Positions 38,643 through 51,977 of a stretch of DNA of 64,000 nt are shown here, in pieces (the first letter of the stretch is position 1; each line of letters starts with the position of its first letter). Location of the stretch: NCBI GenBank assembly GCA_023231475.1, contig JALJEE010001081.1, positions 1 through 64,000 on the forward strand. The letters are read 5' to 3'. The notes under the pieces are model-generated. The model was not told the DNA's origin. It did no database searches and saw only the letters and a program-made list of their open reading frames with translations. Position numbers and translations under genes: made by a program. The stretch is from Seison nebaliae. Its lineage: Eukaryota.

Positions 38643-41600
38643 ATGGATTCGAGAGTAGAAGCGAATAATAGTAAGAATCCGTCCTATTATACACTTTTAT
38701 GTCGTCTCAATGAGAGTTATCGGAAGAAGATTCTCTTCCAAGAGGAAATTAAGAAATTGAAATTATCGGCGAGTAAACAGAAGGAAGAAAATAATCGTTT
38801 GCAGAAACAGATCTCCGATCTACTCAATTCATTGGAGGAAGTGGAAAATCGATGTCGAATGGAGATAAAAGAGAAAGATGAGAGAGAAAAGAAATTGTTG
38901 AAATTACAAGAGAATTACACGACACTCTCCGAATCGAACGAAGTCACTTTACAGATGTTGAATGAGCGAATGCGTAAAATTTATAGACAATCAGATAAAT
39001 TAGCGACGGATGAGAAATTTGAGAAATATCGAGAGAACATGTCGAAGGAAGTGGCTCAATTAAATCGGCAAATTTCAAAATTGAAAAATCAGAAAAAAGT
39101 CGAAATATCATCGATGAGAACGGAATATGGCCGAGTTTATGGTCGTCAAAAGAAGATGTATCATTTCGTCTATTTCTTTCTGCTGAGAATAATCAATTCT
39201 CCCAATTCCCTCACACTCAACGATCTTTACAAGAAATCGAAAGAAGTGAAAGGATCGAATGAGAAATTAACCGAATTATTTTCTGATATTCTTCTCGATC
39301 ATGACGACAAATGGACGACACTTCCCGATTTTGAAAAATTTCAACACGTCGATTCGTCGGAAGTGAATAAGGAGAATGAATTGAAATTATCGAGAGATTT
39401 ATCGGAGAATTCTTCTTCCGATACATTTGACGAAAATGATTTCGAACATTTCCCAAATTCCTCCGATTCTTTAACGAAAAATGTCTCGAACACTCCTCCA
39501 AATTCAATTAATAATTCTAAAACTTTTTTTATTTCATCAGATGTCTCTTCCAATATCATTTCTTCCACCTCTACTCACATCTCTCATTCTCAGTTACTTC
39601 ATTATCGTTTAAATCAGAACAACAACAACAACAATTCTCTTTCGAATGAAGGAGATTCATTTTTAAGTGATGACGACGAAGATAATTTGGAGAAAGGAAC
39701 GACGAAAGAAAAAGATGAAAAGAAAATTAACAAATTTCACCAAAATAATTCGAATGATTTCAGATTAAGCGATTCCGATCTCTCCGATGACGATCAATCA
39801 GATACGACAATTGTCGAACAACCATCGAACATTCAGATATCTCTTCCTTCCAATGATGATACGAATGGAAATGAATCGAAAGATTTCCTCAATTTATCAT
39901 TATCTGAATCGGAAGATGAAGAAGATTCAAAAATTACTCAAATAATTTCACCGAAACATTCAAATTCTTCATATAAATTACTCGATGAAAAGGAAAATAT
40001 GAATAATTTTGAAGGAAATTTTGATGATGATGGAACTAATGAGAATTTCAAAAGGAATTTTGATGATGATATTCATGATAATTTTGAAAGAAATTTTATA
40101 GAACATGGAACTGATGGTGGAATTGATGAAAATTGTGAAGAAAATAAAATTGAAAAGGAAAAAAATGAAAAGGAAATTGAAAATGAAAAAAATGAAAAGG
40201 AAATTATAAATGAAAAAAATGAAGAGGAAATTGTAAATGAAAAAACTGCTGAGCAAATTGGAACTGATGAGAATTTTATAGAAGTTGAAAATCATGACAA
40301 TGTTGATGGAAATGTAGAAGAAGTTGGAAATGATGAGAATTGTGAAGAAGAAATTGAAAAAGACGAAGAAAAAATTGAAATTGAAAAAGACGAAAAAAAA
40401 ATTGAAATTGAAAAAGTTGAAGAGAAAATTGAAATTGAAAAAAATGAAAAACAAATTGGAATTGAGAAAAATGAAGAACAAATTGAAAATGAAAAAATTG
40501 AAAATGGAAAAATTGAAGAGGAAATTGAAAAAAGGGAATTTGAACTGACTATAAATTCAAAAGAAATTTCTGACGAAACTACTTCGACTGAAATCGAATC
40601 TTATAATCATTTTGATTTAGGTGAAATGTTCGATCAATTTATTGTGAATGACGACGACAATTTAATGCAAAATGTTTCCCTAAACCACAATTCCACCGTT
40701 CCAAATTTCCCAACCGAATTTCCTCCTTCTAATTCCACTCTCAGTGACAATAATCAGAATAACATTTCGAAACAACCTTCTGCAACGGGAACATCGGGCG
40801 AGAATGAAGAAACGAATTCTGGTCGAGGAAAACGTGGACAACGAAAACGGCAAAATACGTCGACTACTCCAGTGAAACCCACAACGACGAGTAAGAGAGG
40901 TCGAGGTAGACCAAAAAAGTTGTCGAAAGCTTCACTTCTCGCTGCTTCCAATCAGTTGCAGGAAATTCCGATGACCATCACATCAACTGGAACGACAACG
41001 ACGATTGAAATTCAAAATTCTTCTTTATCTCAAATTGATCAATTAATGAATTTGACGAGTGGAATGAACCATATTGAGGACACGCTTCTAAAGAAAGTGG
41101 AGAAGAAAACGAAGAAGGGAAAAGAAGTGAAAAAATTGAAATCGACACCAAATAAGAAACAAAACAATTCGACGGATTTAATTCAATTGACAAATTGTTT
41201 GGGAGATGAATCAAATTTGAAAAAGGATTTCAATATCGGGAGAAATGCTGAGGAAAGTGGCAATCATGAACTGATGAATAATCTCTTAATATCATCAAAT
41301 AATTTGATGAACAAATCGGAAAATTCATCGATTATCGATTTGAATCTTCTCGGTACAACATCAGCGACATCAGGTGTAGGAAATCTCGATATCGACTCCT
41401 CTCCGATATTCATAACACCAATGAGGGAAGTAGCAACGCTGACATCAGACGCTTCCGCTAGTAACATTATGTGCACGAGAAGTGCACCGGAAGATTTATC
41501 CTCCAATTCGCCACTTCATTCCTTCGATTTGTTTGACGAAAACAAAAATTCCAGTTCATTTACCGAATTTCCCATAACTGGATTCCTAAACGACGACAAT

Positions 41601-41843
41601 TTGGATCAAGATTTACCTCCATTTGATGAATTAGTGACGAAGAATTTGTTCGGAGATTCAGATGATCTCAATTCGATGATGGATAAATTCATAGTCAATT
41701 ATGACGATACTCCTCAATTCGATTATGAATCCATCAATCTCCCACTGATAGAGGATGACGATAATAATTCGTTGAATTTGAACTCCAGTTCATTGTGGCC
41801 GGGACAATCGTCGAATTTGTTCGATGAGAACAAATCACTTTAA
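38643..41843 (+). CDS. Orphan protein: N-terminal coiled coil, acidic repeats, AT-hook (KRGRGRPKK), acidic/hydrophobic C-terminus
   Basis: 1066-aa ATG-initiated ORF. Canonical AT-hook at about 40893-40920. The C-terminus is rich in D/E/F/L, like an activation domain. Confidence 0.75.
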   Translation: MDSRVEANNSKNPSYYTLLCRLNESYRKKILFQEEIKKLKLSASKQKEENNRLQKQISDLLNSLEEVENRCRMEIKEKDEREKKLLKLQENYTTLSESNEVTLQMLNERMRKIYRQSDKLATDEKFEKYRENMSKEVAQLNRQISKLKNQKKVEISSMRTEYGRVYGRQKKMYHFVYFFLLRIINSPNSLTLNDLYKKSKEVKGSNEKLTELFSDILLDHDDKWTTLPDFEKFQHVDSSEVNKENELKLSRDLSENSSSDTFDENDFEHFPNSSDSLTKNVSNTPPNSINNSKTFFISSDVSSNIISSTSTHISHSQLLHYRLNQNNNNNNSLSNEGDSFLSDDDEDNLEKGTTKEKDEKKINKFHQNNSNDFRLSDSDLSDDDQSDTTIVEQPSNIQISLPSNDDTNGNESKDFLNLSLSESEDEEDSKITQIISPKHSNSSYKLLDEKENMNNFEGNFDDDGTNENFKRNFDDDIHDNFERNFIEHGTDGGIDENCEENKIEKEKNEKEIENEKNEKEIINEKNEEEIVNEKTAEQIGTDENFIEVENHDNVDGNVEEVGNDENCEEEIEKDEEKIEIEKDEKKIEIEKVEEKIEIEKNEKQIGIEKNEEQIENEKIENGKIEEEIEKREFELTINSKEISDETTSTEIESYNHFDLGEMFDQFIVNDDDNLMQNVSLNHNSTVPNFPTEFPPSNSTLSDNNQNNISKQPSATGTSGENEETNSGRGKRGQRKRQNTSTTPVKPTTTSKRGRGRPKKLSKASLLAASNQLQEIPMTITSTGTTTTIEIQNSSLSQIDQLMNLTSGMNHIEDTLLKKVEKKTKKGKEVKKLKSTPNKKQNNSTDLIQLTNCLGDESNLKKDFNIGRNAEESGNHELMNNLLISSNNLMNKSENSSIIDLNLLGTTSATSGVGNLDIDSSPIFITPMREVATLTSDASASNIMCTRSAPEDLSSNSPLHSFDLFDENKNSSSFTEFPITGFLNDDNLDQDLPPFDELVTKNLFGDSDDLNSMMDKFIVNYDDTPQFDYESINLPLIEDDDNNSLNLNSSSLWPGQSSNLFDENKSL
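40140..40535 (+). repeat. Coding 27-bp (9-aa) tandem repeats (EKNEKEIEN / IEKDEEKIE)
   Basis: Repeated units GAAAAAAATGAAAAGGAAATTGAAAAT and ATTGAAAAAGACGAAGAAAAAATTGAA. Confidence 0.8.
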
Positions 41844-44373
41844 ATCGATTTTATAATCCAATTTAGGACATGATATTTTTTTTTGAAATTAAAATAAAAA
41901 TTTATTATAAATAATTTTTTTTAAATACCGCGCAAAAAAAAAGAAAGGAATGGCACAAATTCTTAAGGTGCACGGATAATTGTGTGAACTGCGTGCGTGC
42001 GTGCACGCGATTTGAATTAATTCCAATATTATTCTTGATATCTGTCTTCATGTGCTGCTTTCCTTTATTTGTTTATAGACGAACTTAATTCATAAAAGCA
42101 GAACAAATTGCTCTTTATTTACACATGTGATGAATTGCTGTTTAAACAGACTACGACAGCGCGTCTTTCATTTCTCTTCTCTTATCATTCAGCACTTCCA
42201 TCATCGTTTCCTATAGTCGTCGTGATTTGATCGAGAAATTGTCGTTCCATCATTCAATTCTTCCACTCCCATGAAGTTTCCTATAAAATGAGAAGAGAAT
42301 TGGAATAATTCTCAAAATTGGATTTATGAGGAAATGGATAATTGCTTTTCATCTATTGATGGTGATCAGGTAGGATTTGTTTATTTACATGAAACGAAGA
42401 ATTGTTATCGTTAATCTTCTCCGTTTTTCTGTTTACGGTGCGTTCGATGTATCGAGTGATCTATGTGATACATCCACTGCTCAATTGTTGGAGGCGTATG
42501 GAAACTGTAATCAATATCATACTTCATTATCATAAACAAACTCGCATTAACTACCAATTCCTCTCAAACAAAACAAATTTCCCATTATTCCTCTTACACA
42601 TGTTCTGCTTGTTGTCTGCTACTTCATCGATTTGTTTTTATCAATCTATTCCATCGTCTTCCAAGAACTCGTTCCATCGGACAGAATTCCATTCTCTGTT
42701 TTCGGCCGTTCCATCTGTAAATACAAACACCATTCGACAGTTTACCTCACAACAGAATTTATTATACATCGTGTGTGTATGTGTTGGAATTCGATGAATG
42801 GAATCGTATTAGTTGCTGTTGTTGTTGTTGTAATTGGGAATTGGGAATTATACGTAAATCGATGTTGCCTCGACACACACACACAGAGAGAAAGAAAGTA
42901 AGATTGTTTGTGAACGTTCGATGAGCATATACGAATTGGTGATAATCATTAAATTGAATGAACGGTGAAAAATGCCTTCAGCCAATTAACATCGACTCTC
43001 ATGTAATTCTTTATTGGAGTTATGAACGAAATATTTTAATTCATTTTGTTTATGTAGCAATTAATTGTCGTTCGTTCTACTTCGTCAAATTATTCGTATT
43101 GTCTTAATTCCATCTTTCTTTCTTTCACCTTCCCTCCCTTCTCCCCTTCTCGTCATATTTGCGGAGGAAGAGTTACATCAATTTTATTTAATATGTAAAT
43201 AAATTTCAACTGATTACCAATATCAGTCAGTTGTGCCTACTACTGTTCCCATGAAAGGAAGTTTCTTCGTCTCCCAATTATCGTATTGAAAGAATAATAA
43301 GGATGACGATGTCGACGACGATCATAAGAGAGAGAAGTTGTTTGCAAGAAAATTTTTTAGAAAAATAAAATTTGATTGGAAGCGATTTGATGGAAAACAA
43401 ACGGTTCTCTTCTTCGTCTTATTTAATTAAAGAAAATATTCAGTTATTTGTTTTAATATTTTCATAAAATTTCCTCACCTCAAATTTCGCCTGGCTCTCA
43501 GTGAGTGAGCGAGTGAAGCGGGAAGAACGAGGAACAAACGATAATATTTGACGCTTTTCAATGTTTTCTCGGAAATAATGGATCGACATCATTCTCGACA
43601 ATTTAGTAGTTTCACCCAAACTCTTACCATGATGTAAGAGAAATGGAGAGTAGTGATCGATGCTTATAATTCTCGTCAGGTCGAGTCTTGTGGAGGAAGA
43701 ATGAAAGAATCGATCATATGAAAACGGTCAGAATGAGAAATAAAATTGAGAGAAAGATGAAAATCGATTTACGGTAATGAATTTTTTCTTCTTCAAGTTT
43801 TCGAAATAAATCACATTATCAAACAGTAAACAATTACTCAACATGTAGGGGAGTATATGTAGCGATATATAAACACGACTCAATATACGTCTACACGGAG
43901 ACATGTACAGGAATAATCACATCGTCTTACAGAAGTATAAATTGTTGGAGAAGAAAAAATGATAGACGGATTTCTTCTCGTAAGAAATATTTAAGAAATT
44001 TTCTTTTTTGTCTATTTCCTTCTCATTCCGTTGGGAATGTGCGTCTTCGCTTCCATGCCATCTTTCTGGTACATATTCCTCCTTCTCCTTTAATAATATT
44101 TGTTTGTTTGTCAAGTTTGTTTACTGAATACTTCCCCCAAATATTAGATTATGATATAATTCTGCTGTCTTCTCATACTTGTTCTCTCCAATGTGTATGA
44201 GTTGACATTTATGTTGTTAATATTGCAGTGCTGCTACTTGTTCGGTTCGGGGGAACATTCGACTTCCCTTAATTTCTCTTCCGCCCAACCAATTATCACT
44301 TGTTATTCCATTGTTTATTCTTGTCATTGAGCAACAATCGATCTAATCCTCATTCATTCTTCTTCTTCCTCAG

Positions 44374-45798
44374 AATCTCCACATTTTGACCAATCGTCAC
44401 GTGATAATCATTAATTGTGAGACTCATGACTGTATGATTAGCGTCATTATGAAAACAGATAAATCTCCGGTGAATAATGTTCCAATTATTAAACGATCTC
44501 AACGATATCAATGTAAATTCTGTAATTATCGATCTCATAGTGTCTCCTTAGTCCAAAATCATATTTATCGTCATATTCATGCAACGCCATATATGTGTCG
44601 ATATTGCGGACACAAATCCACCACTAAATCCACCATTATGGTTCACATCGAATTATGTCATCCCAATCAAGACATTCAAATCGTCGAGAATCGAGTTCAA
44701 GAAAATATTTATTATGACGATCTTGCTAGCGATACTGCTACGTCGAATCATCCAAACTCCACAATTAAAACTTCGTCAACAAATTCCTCTCCCTTATCGT
44801 CATCTTCATCGTCGTCATTGATCTCATCACATCAAAGTAACTTGTCGACTAATGTGAAGAAAGACTTGGAGAAAAAAGATGTGAAAAATTCTTCTTGTCT
44901 CATTCATTATCAAAAGAATCAATTGAATGAAACGATACTCAATTCGATTCGTGAATCCAGTGAAATTAATCGACAACAACATTCTCTTCTATTTAATCGT
45001 CCCAAACAATATTTTGGTAGTCTCTATGAACCAGATAAACAATATTCGTGCAGGTTATGTTCATACACGACGAATCATCGTCCGAGTATGGAGGACCACG
45101 TTTTTATCCACATCGATCAACGACCATATAAATGCGGTTATTGTAACGAGGAAGTATATACACGATACGCAGCCACTTATCACAACAAATATAAACATCC
45201 GAAACTCTCACGTAATTTCATCAAGAACAACATCGACGTTTCTTCATATTATGAGAATCGAGCATCATCTCATCGTTCCGATATTAACCGAAATAAGGCT
45301 CCTCTCCAACAAACGGGAAAGATAAATGAAACAAAAATGAAAGATCAAATCATACCAATAACATCATCATTATCAACATCATCAACAACAACAATAACAA
45401 CAACGAGTACAAATTCAATAAGTGAAAGAGAAAATGTGAGAAGTTTAGATGAATTTGTAAAGAATAATTCGTTTTCAGTGTCGAATCTCTTGGAGAAAAT
45501 TAATTCAAATAATTCTCCAAAAAATCCATCAATCTCTCAATCGGTACCATTAGAAATCTCGCCAGAAACGAATCTGAAAAATAATTTTGTCCACTCTCCC
45601 AATAAGAAGAGGAAGATGAATGAGAAAGAGACGGAAGTGAATGATACGACGCAAAAGCAAATCATGTCGATCGTTCTCCGATCTCTCATCGATTCCACGA
45701 CGAAAAAGAAATCGACGAATACTAATTCTGATGAACTACTCACTCAATTGAGTGAGTGTAAATCGTTGTTTGATGTTCTCATTAATTCTATAATTTAA
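44374..45798 (+). CDS. C2H2 zinc-finger protein (two pairs of fingers); 5' end uncertain, exon begins after the acceptor at 44373
   Basis: YQCKFCNY...NHIYRH, PYMCRYCGH...VHIELCH, YSCRLCSY...DHVFIH, PYKCGYC...YHNKYKH. Preceded by the acceptor TTCTTCTTCCTCAG. Confidence 0.85.
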   Translation, partial: NLHILTNRHVIIINCETHDCMISVIMKTDKSPVNNVPIIKRSQRYQCKFCNYRSHSVSLVQNHIYRHIHATPYMCRYCGHKSTTKSTIMVHIELCHPNQDIQIVENRVQENIYYDDLASDTATSNHPNSTIKTSSTNSSPLSSSSSSSLISSHQSNLSTNVKKDLEKKDVKNSSCLIHYQKNQLNETILNSIRESSEINRQQHSLLFNRPKQYFGSLYEPDKQYSCRLCSYTTNHRPSMEDHVFIHIDQRPYKCGYCNEEVYTRYAATYHNKYKHPKLSRNFIKNNIDVSSYYENRASSHRSDINRNKAPLQQTGKINETKMKDQIIPITSSLSTSSTTTITTTSTNSISERENVRSLDEFVKNNSFSVSNLLEKINSNNSPKNPSISQSVPLEISPETNLKNNFVHSPNKKRKMNEKETEVNDTTQKQIMSIVLRSLIDSTTKKKSTNTNSDELLTQLSECKSLFDVLINSII

Positions 45799-46039
45799 TC
45801 TCATTCATTTATTTTAATTATATCTGTTGACATATAAATAAATTGATGGAACAATCTCACCACTTTCAATTTAATTTATAATTACAAATTTAAATTTATT
45901 CCGACAGGAATTTCACCAATAAACAATAATTTTTTTTTAATACAACAAAATAAATTATTTAAATAGTAAAATAAGTAAATTAAAAACCAAATCGGATAAC
46001 TCGGATGAACAATCAGATAAGTATAAGTGAGTTAGTCTG

Positions 46040-46425
46040 ATTAACATCAATGAGAAAACCATGAAATTTTTGGTGTAGAACAAGCTGCTTCTAAGGCAGA
46101 AGACATCGATAACAAATAATAGTTACAGGAAAAGTTGAGAGCAGTAGCGAATAATTCACATTTATTCGGGAAATCAGAAGAAGTAATCAAAAATTCCAAA
46201 GCCCTTAAATATCTGATAGACAGAATAAGTGAAAAAGGCTTCAATTCACAGATAGAAAACATAAATTTTCCGTTACTTGCATGTTACGATGTGAATTCAC
46301 ATACATACCGTCCTGTTATACAGAGACAGTGTAACCATTTCCGTGTGGAATATAATGTCACAGAAATACCATGGAAATCGTTAGAGTAAGTTACGAATGG
46401 TGTTTCATCGATGAAAGTAAGAAAA
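46040..46425 (+). pseudogene. Stop-interrupted coding-like fragment of unknown origin between two convergent 3' ends
   Basis: One frame reads ENHEIFGVEQAASKAEDIDNK**LQEKLRAV...EIPWKSLE*VTNG. Its composition differs from the A/T-run flanks. Confidence 0.3.
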
Positions 46426-46543
46426 AAAATATTAAAACATTAAAATTTATTTAAAAAATATCATTATATTCAAATAAGAAACATACTGAAATCTTTATAA
46501 TATTTCTCAGAATCATGAAAAAAAATAGAAGACATTTGAAGTA

Positions 46544-49500
46544 TCAGAATAATTGACGAATTTTTTGTTTGAATGAAATCTTCTTGTAGAATTTGTTGTT
46601 TATGAAATGAATTAACAAATTGACATTCACTTGAAAACGATTGAAGAATGTTAAAACACGAATTCCTTCGTGTTGACTTTGTAGAAGATCCTAAAAATAA
46701 TTTGATTACTTTAAATGAAAAAAGAGAATTAACCTGAAAGAAAATAGGTCTCGATTCGTATCTCATATCTCGATAACTGACACTGATGTAGAAGACACCG
46801 TCGTCATCGGAGGATGTGATATAAAAAATGATTTTCGAATGGTTTTTCGGTCCAAGAATATGAATTAGTTGAATGATTCCTTTCTCTCGTAACTCCTTCG
46901 CAGTATATCGATAGGAATGAATTTCTTTCTTTTTTCGATTTTTGTCCTGAAAAATCGACTGTTGTTGGAGACATCGATTCATATATTTCTCATACGAAGC
47001 CATTTGGTTGGTGAAGTATTGAAAACGAATGTTCAAAATATCCATTAATTGATTGAGTCGAATTATTTCTCGTTTTAATCTCAACGAATATTGTTGATAA
47101 TGTCGAATATCGATTATATTCTGATGGAGAATATACGACATCGGATTATCAATCTTCCTGCTCTCCAGCATATATAACATCGTCTCTTTGAGATTGGTGA
47201 CGATGGTCTCCGTCGGCAATTTCAAAAGTTCTTCTTCTCCAATCGAAATTTTTTCAGGATGTCGAGCATTAAAATTTCTCGCCGGTTGGTAATGCGCCAA
47301 ATTATCTGGATCGAATTCGTCGATTTGAATATCGTAATTTCGACGCACAACTTCCTCCATCCTTTTCTTACAATTGAACACACTCATCGATTGATGGAGA
47401 GATGACAACACCGTTTTCGGCGATGGATCGATTAATTGAAGTCGAATATTCTCGTTTTTCTTTACCGTTTTCGACGGAAATTTCCGTTCAACGATATCCG
47501 TCATTTTACCTAGCGCATCTCTGATATGATCATACCGTTCGATGGAGGAACTAAGGAGACTGGCGAAATGAGAATAATGTGTGAAGGGGAAATGATGGAA
47601 CAAGAATTGTTCCGATTTACGTAGGATGGTATGAAAACGGAGAATTTCCTCTGATGAAATATAGACATATTGTTTATTGATATGAATATTCTCATTCAGA
47701 TCATCGATATGATAAAATTTCTTTGGAAATTTTAATGGATCTGTAATTAATTGGTAAAAAAATGTACTCATTTGAGAATACCAAACGGTCATTTGATCAT
47801 TTAGAAGGAATAAATATGTTCCACCTTTATCTTTAAATCCTTTCCCATTCGACGCATATTGGAGAACTAGAGAGACATATCCGAAGAATTGTCGTTCGTC
47901 TGTTGTGAGACTTCTATTTGCTAATTGATAAACCATCGGCTGGATAATGATGGGATTGATATATCGATAATAAATGATATTTCCGATGATTTTCAAAATG
48001 TCTTTATCAGTCACATTTTCATATTTCTCTTTCATCTCCTCATAAATCTTACAACAACACGCTCTCATTATATAAGGAATTTGAGAGTGACAATCGTCAT
48101 TCCTGCGAATGATTGAATCAACGATATTTTGTACGACGTCCGTCAATGTCGATAAATTATCGTTAATTCTTTCCCGAATTTCATCCATTTTCAACAATTC
48201 CTCCTCATTCAATTTACTAAAATCCACATCTTCCGCTAAACCAGTGTCGGTTTCTTTTTCCTGAATTATTCTTCGATAAACGTCAATTGTCATGATGGGA
48301 AAACGGAGCTGTTTCTCTTTCATAGCTAAACATATCGATTCTTTCAATCGTTCATTTAATGTCGATTGTTTCTTATATTTCTTACAATACGTCACAAGAC
48401 ATTTAATGAAAAGTGGTTGATTTGACAGGAAATTTGGTGGTGATGTTGTTTGTTCGATTTCATATTCGATGCACTTCTCAAATAATTTATATAATAAATA
48501 TTCCTCACGTTCATTGGCGCCGTAATTGAAGAGAGTGAGAACGAAAGATTGGAAGAATTGCAAATTCTCCAAATGTCGATTTCCAGAAATCAATTTTGCC
48601 AGATACATCGGATATGTTTGAAAAAGGAAGAATAATTTAGAGAAGATTTCCATTAATTCATGATATGGCCATCGTCGTATTCCCATATTTCCCGTCGACT
48701 TCCAAGTACTTAATGCTCGCTCTTCATTCTTCTTCAAATTCGATGAACTTAAATGATGTTTATTAACGATGGAATTGACATTCTCTCCCAGGAATTTTTC
48801 CATTTTCGAATTGATATAAAAATCCGATTTGTTATTATAGAAACAATTCTCGTCAAACATTTCCATTCGACTAGTAGTCGGTTCACTCTCTCGATTCATG
48901 AGAGCCATCCGATTTTGAATTAACAGACCAATTTTCATGTCCAACTTTTCCACTTTCTTTTCTATACAATTCAACTCGCTAATCAAATCCGCCAATTTCA
49001 ATCTTTTCACTGCACAATCTTCTCCCAATTTATATGATTGACTAATTGATCGTCGATTATATCGATAGAATTGTTGAATGATATGGAACGCTTCCACATT
49101 ACTAATCGTTAACTGTTCCGTATTGTCAATTAATCGTCTAATTTTCCCGAACAAAAAATCGACGAAACATTTTTTCATAAATCTCGAAATGATTCGTGAC
49201 GCTTCATTCTTCTTCACAATTCTCTCATTCAAATTCCGTTGCCATCGTTTTCTCTTCCAGAACCGTTTGATTCGATTAGCCGCATTTTCCCTTTTTTCGA
49301 AATAGCCGATGAGAATCGGTAGAGTTTCTTTTCGAGAAACATATCCACGAAACATCGACTGAATTAATATCGCTGATTCTCTCTCAATCACTTCCCGTCT
49401 CTCCAAATATCGGCGACATTGACATTGTAGAGGAATAATGAAATTCTGCAAAAAATTTTTTTTGTGCATTTTTTGTGCACAAATTTCTTTTTGAATAATT

Positions 49501-51977
49501 TTCCGATTTAACATCGTTTCATTTACCGATTGAAGTGTGAGATTCTTATTTTTGTTTTCCTCATCGAAAAGAAGACCTGATTGACGATCGAGGAAAAATG
49601 GGAGATAAAATCGAACATTACTTCCATAACATTCTTGAAACATCAGACGTTTCTCCTCCAATGAATAATTTAGTAATGAACTATCCACTACATATCGTAA
49701 CGTCTCTTTCATTTCTTGACTATTCGATATGAAATCAGTAACATCAATTGGTAAATGAATTGTAGTGGAACGATTATCCAATATTCCATTCGAATGATTG
49801 TTTTGAAAGATACAAATAATCCGATTCAATAAAGCATTAATATTATCATCATTTTCCTCAACAATCAATTCTAATAATATCAACGATTCCTTCAACTCTT
49901 TTAAAATCGTCATTTCACATTTATCATTTGTTGATGGATTTCCCATATACATATTTTCCATCATATCATCAATTCGTCTAATACCATCCCAATATCGTTC
50001 CAATTTCTTTTTATATTCCAGAAATTTTTGTTGCACATTTTCTATCTCATCTTCTGTCCATTCCACTTGGCATTCGTGTAAGACGCAGAAAATATAAAAT
50101 AATAATTTCAATTCATAAAATTTCCATTCATCATTTTCCGGAAACCAAATCATTAAAATATTTTTTAAATCATCCATTATTTCTGATGGTATTCGGTCGA
50201 TATTTAATCTTTTTAACGAATTCTCTTCTTTCTCCCAATAAATTTCTTCATCTTTCATTTTGATGATAATTTCATAAATTTTCTTGATTTCTTTCAATTC
50301 AACTATTCCACGATATCGATCACATAAAAATTTCCTTATTTCTCCATAGATGGAATTTGGATCTTTATCATTTTCACCATTCTCTTCTAAATACAATTTC
50401 ACTCCTTCCAAACAATCGATTCCTTTCACTCCGATTAATTGATTGAATTCTTCTCTCGTAAATTCTCCCAATGAATTCCTTCCAATTTCTTCCATCAATT
50501 TCTTTAATGAGATCAGAAAATAGAAAATGGAAATCAATTCTTCAAGACATTCAATTCCATCTAATAATTCTTCATCTAACAAATGAGAATATTTCAAACA
50601 GAAACTCATTTTCTCACTCAACATATTCTTCGATTTGGAATACGAAGAAATTCGCATTTTCAAATCAGAATCCACAACGACATTAATCGACGGAAATTCT
50701 TCATCAAATTCAAATGAATCTCCAACTTTCCAGAAAACGTATTTAGAGATTTTATGAAATTTCATTTCTTGATCATCCACAAAACTTTTCTGATAATTTT
50801 TTATATTGAATTGAAGTAACAAAAGAAGATATTCCAATAATAAATTTCGGAACGAGAAATTTTGTGTCAACCAATTTTCCAATTCATCGACGATTCGATT
50901 AGGAATGAAGAATTTATTAATTTTGAATTCTCGTTCTTCCAATGTAAGATTCTCATCAGAATAACAATTCACTTTCACATCTTCATAATTTGAAATTAAA
51001 TAATTACGAATAAAATCCGTCTTAATTCTCATCAACTTAATCTTCCAATTATGATGATTTGGCATTAATAGAAAGAAAGACAATATTTCCGAATCGATTT
51101 CCTTCCCACTAAATATGGATGGATTAAATTGAGGAATCTCTCCCATCAATTTCACCACATTTTCAATATTATTTTCATCGATTAAATTCCTAATGGTTTT
51201 CCCATAAAAACCATCATCAATTTTTATTAACATATTCAAAATTGTCGATTCGATAAGATTATCACAATTCTTTCTCGTTCTACTCAATTCGTCGAAATAA
51301 ATTTTGTTCAGATACTCCAAACCATCCGGATGGAATAGTTTGATGAAATAAGAAAACTCTTCATAATTATTCTCATCTAAAATCTTCTCTAATGATTTCA
51401 TTCCTTTAGGAATTTCGCATGTTAATGCATATTCCTTTCCATTTTCCATGACACGTTTTTCGATCGTTTCCATTTCTTGTCTGGTGAATGTTTTCCATTC
51501 AGAATCTTCTTCTTCTTCCACTTTCGCTCCGTTTCTCTCCAATAAATAATGAAGACAATTAATTAATTTTGGTAAATTCTTCCGGTCGTAGATATCGGTC
51601 GTTTCTGGAACGATATAATTCGGAATTCCCAACAATTTCGTTGAATTGATGAAGTTGTTAATGTTCTCCGTATGACGGAATTGGAGACCGATCTGATTAA
51701 AAAAATTCCCATCCTCGTCATACATTGTCCAATTTTCTTTCTTTCCAATTAATTTGAATGATAATTTCGATAAAATAATTCCATTCGCCAAAGAATTTTC
51801 GAAATCCAACAACGAATCCTCGTCGAGTTGACGATCAAGGAGAAGGTACAACCGTTTTTTCGCAGTCTCCAATCGACATAGATACTCATAAGCAGCCTGT
51901 TGGATTCGTTGACTGTCCATTTCATCACATGACAACCGATTGCCATTATGATATCGACTTGAATGTTCTAGTGTCAT
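46544..51977 (-). CDS. IQGAP: IQGAP scaffold (CH, IQ, GRD, RasGAP_C); intron 46691-46733 gives the true C-terminus
   Basis: AYEYLCRLETAK, GLQFRHTENINNF, PETTDIYDRKNLPKLINCLH (CH domain). IQ motifs LQCQCRRYLER and IQSMFRGYVSR. LFNYGANEREEYLL and YYRYINPII (GRD). The spliced end DLLQSQHEGIRVLTFFNRFQVNVNLLIHFINNKFY matches IQGAP1. Confidence 0.92.

Noticed and set aside
39978..40481. Very hydrophobic Phe/Ile/Asn-rich 167-aa minus-strand ORF resembling a membrane protein
   Set aside because: It is the antisense shadow of the Glu/Lys repeat in the 38643-41843 gene.
46470..46733. C-terminus of the 1840-aa ORF as listed (…QVNSLFSFKV…SMFLI)
   Set aside because: This is read-through of intron 46691-46733. 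The spliced frame restores the conserved IQGAP end and stops at 46544.
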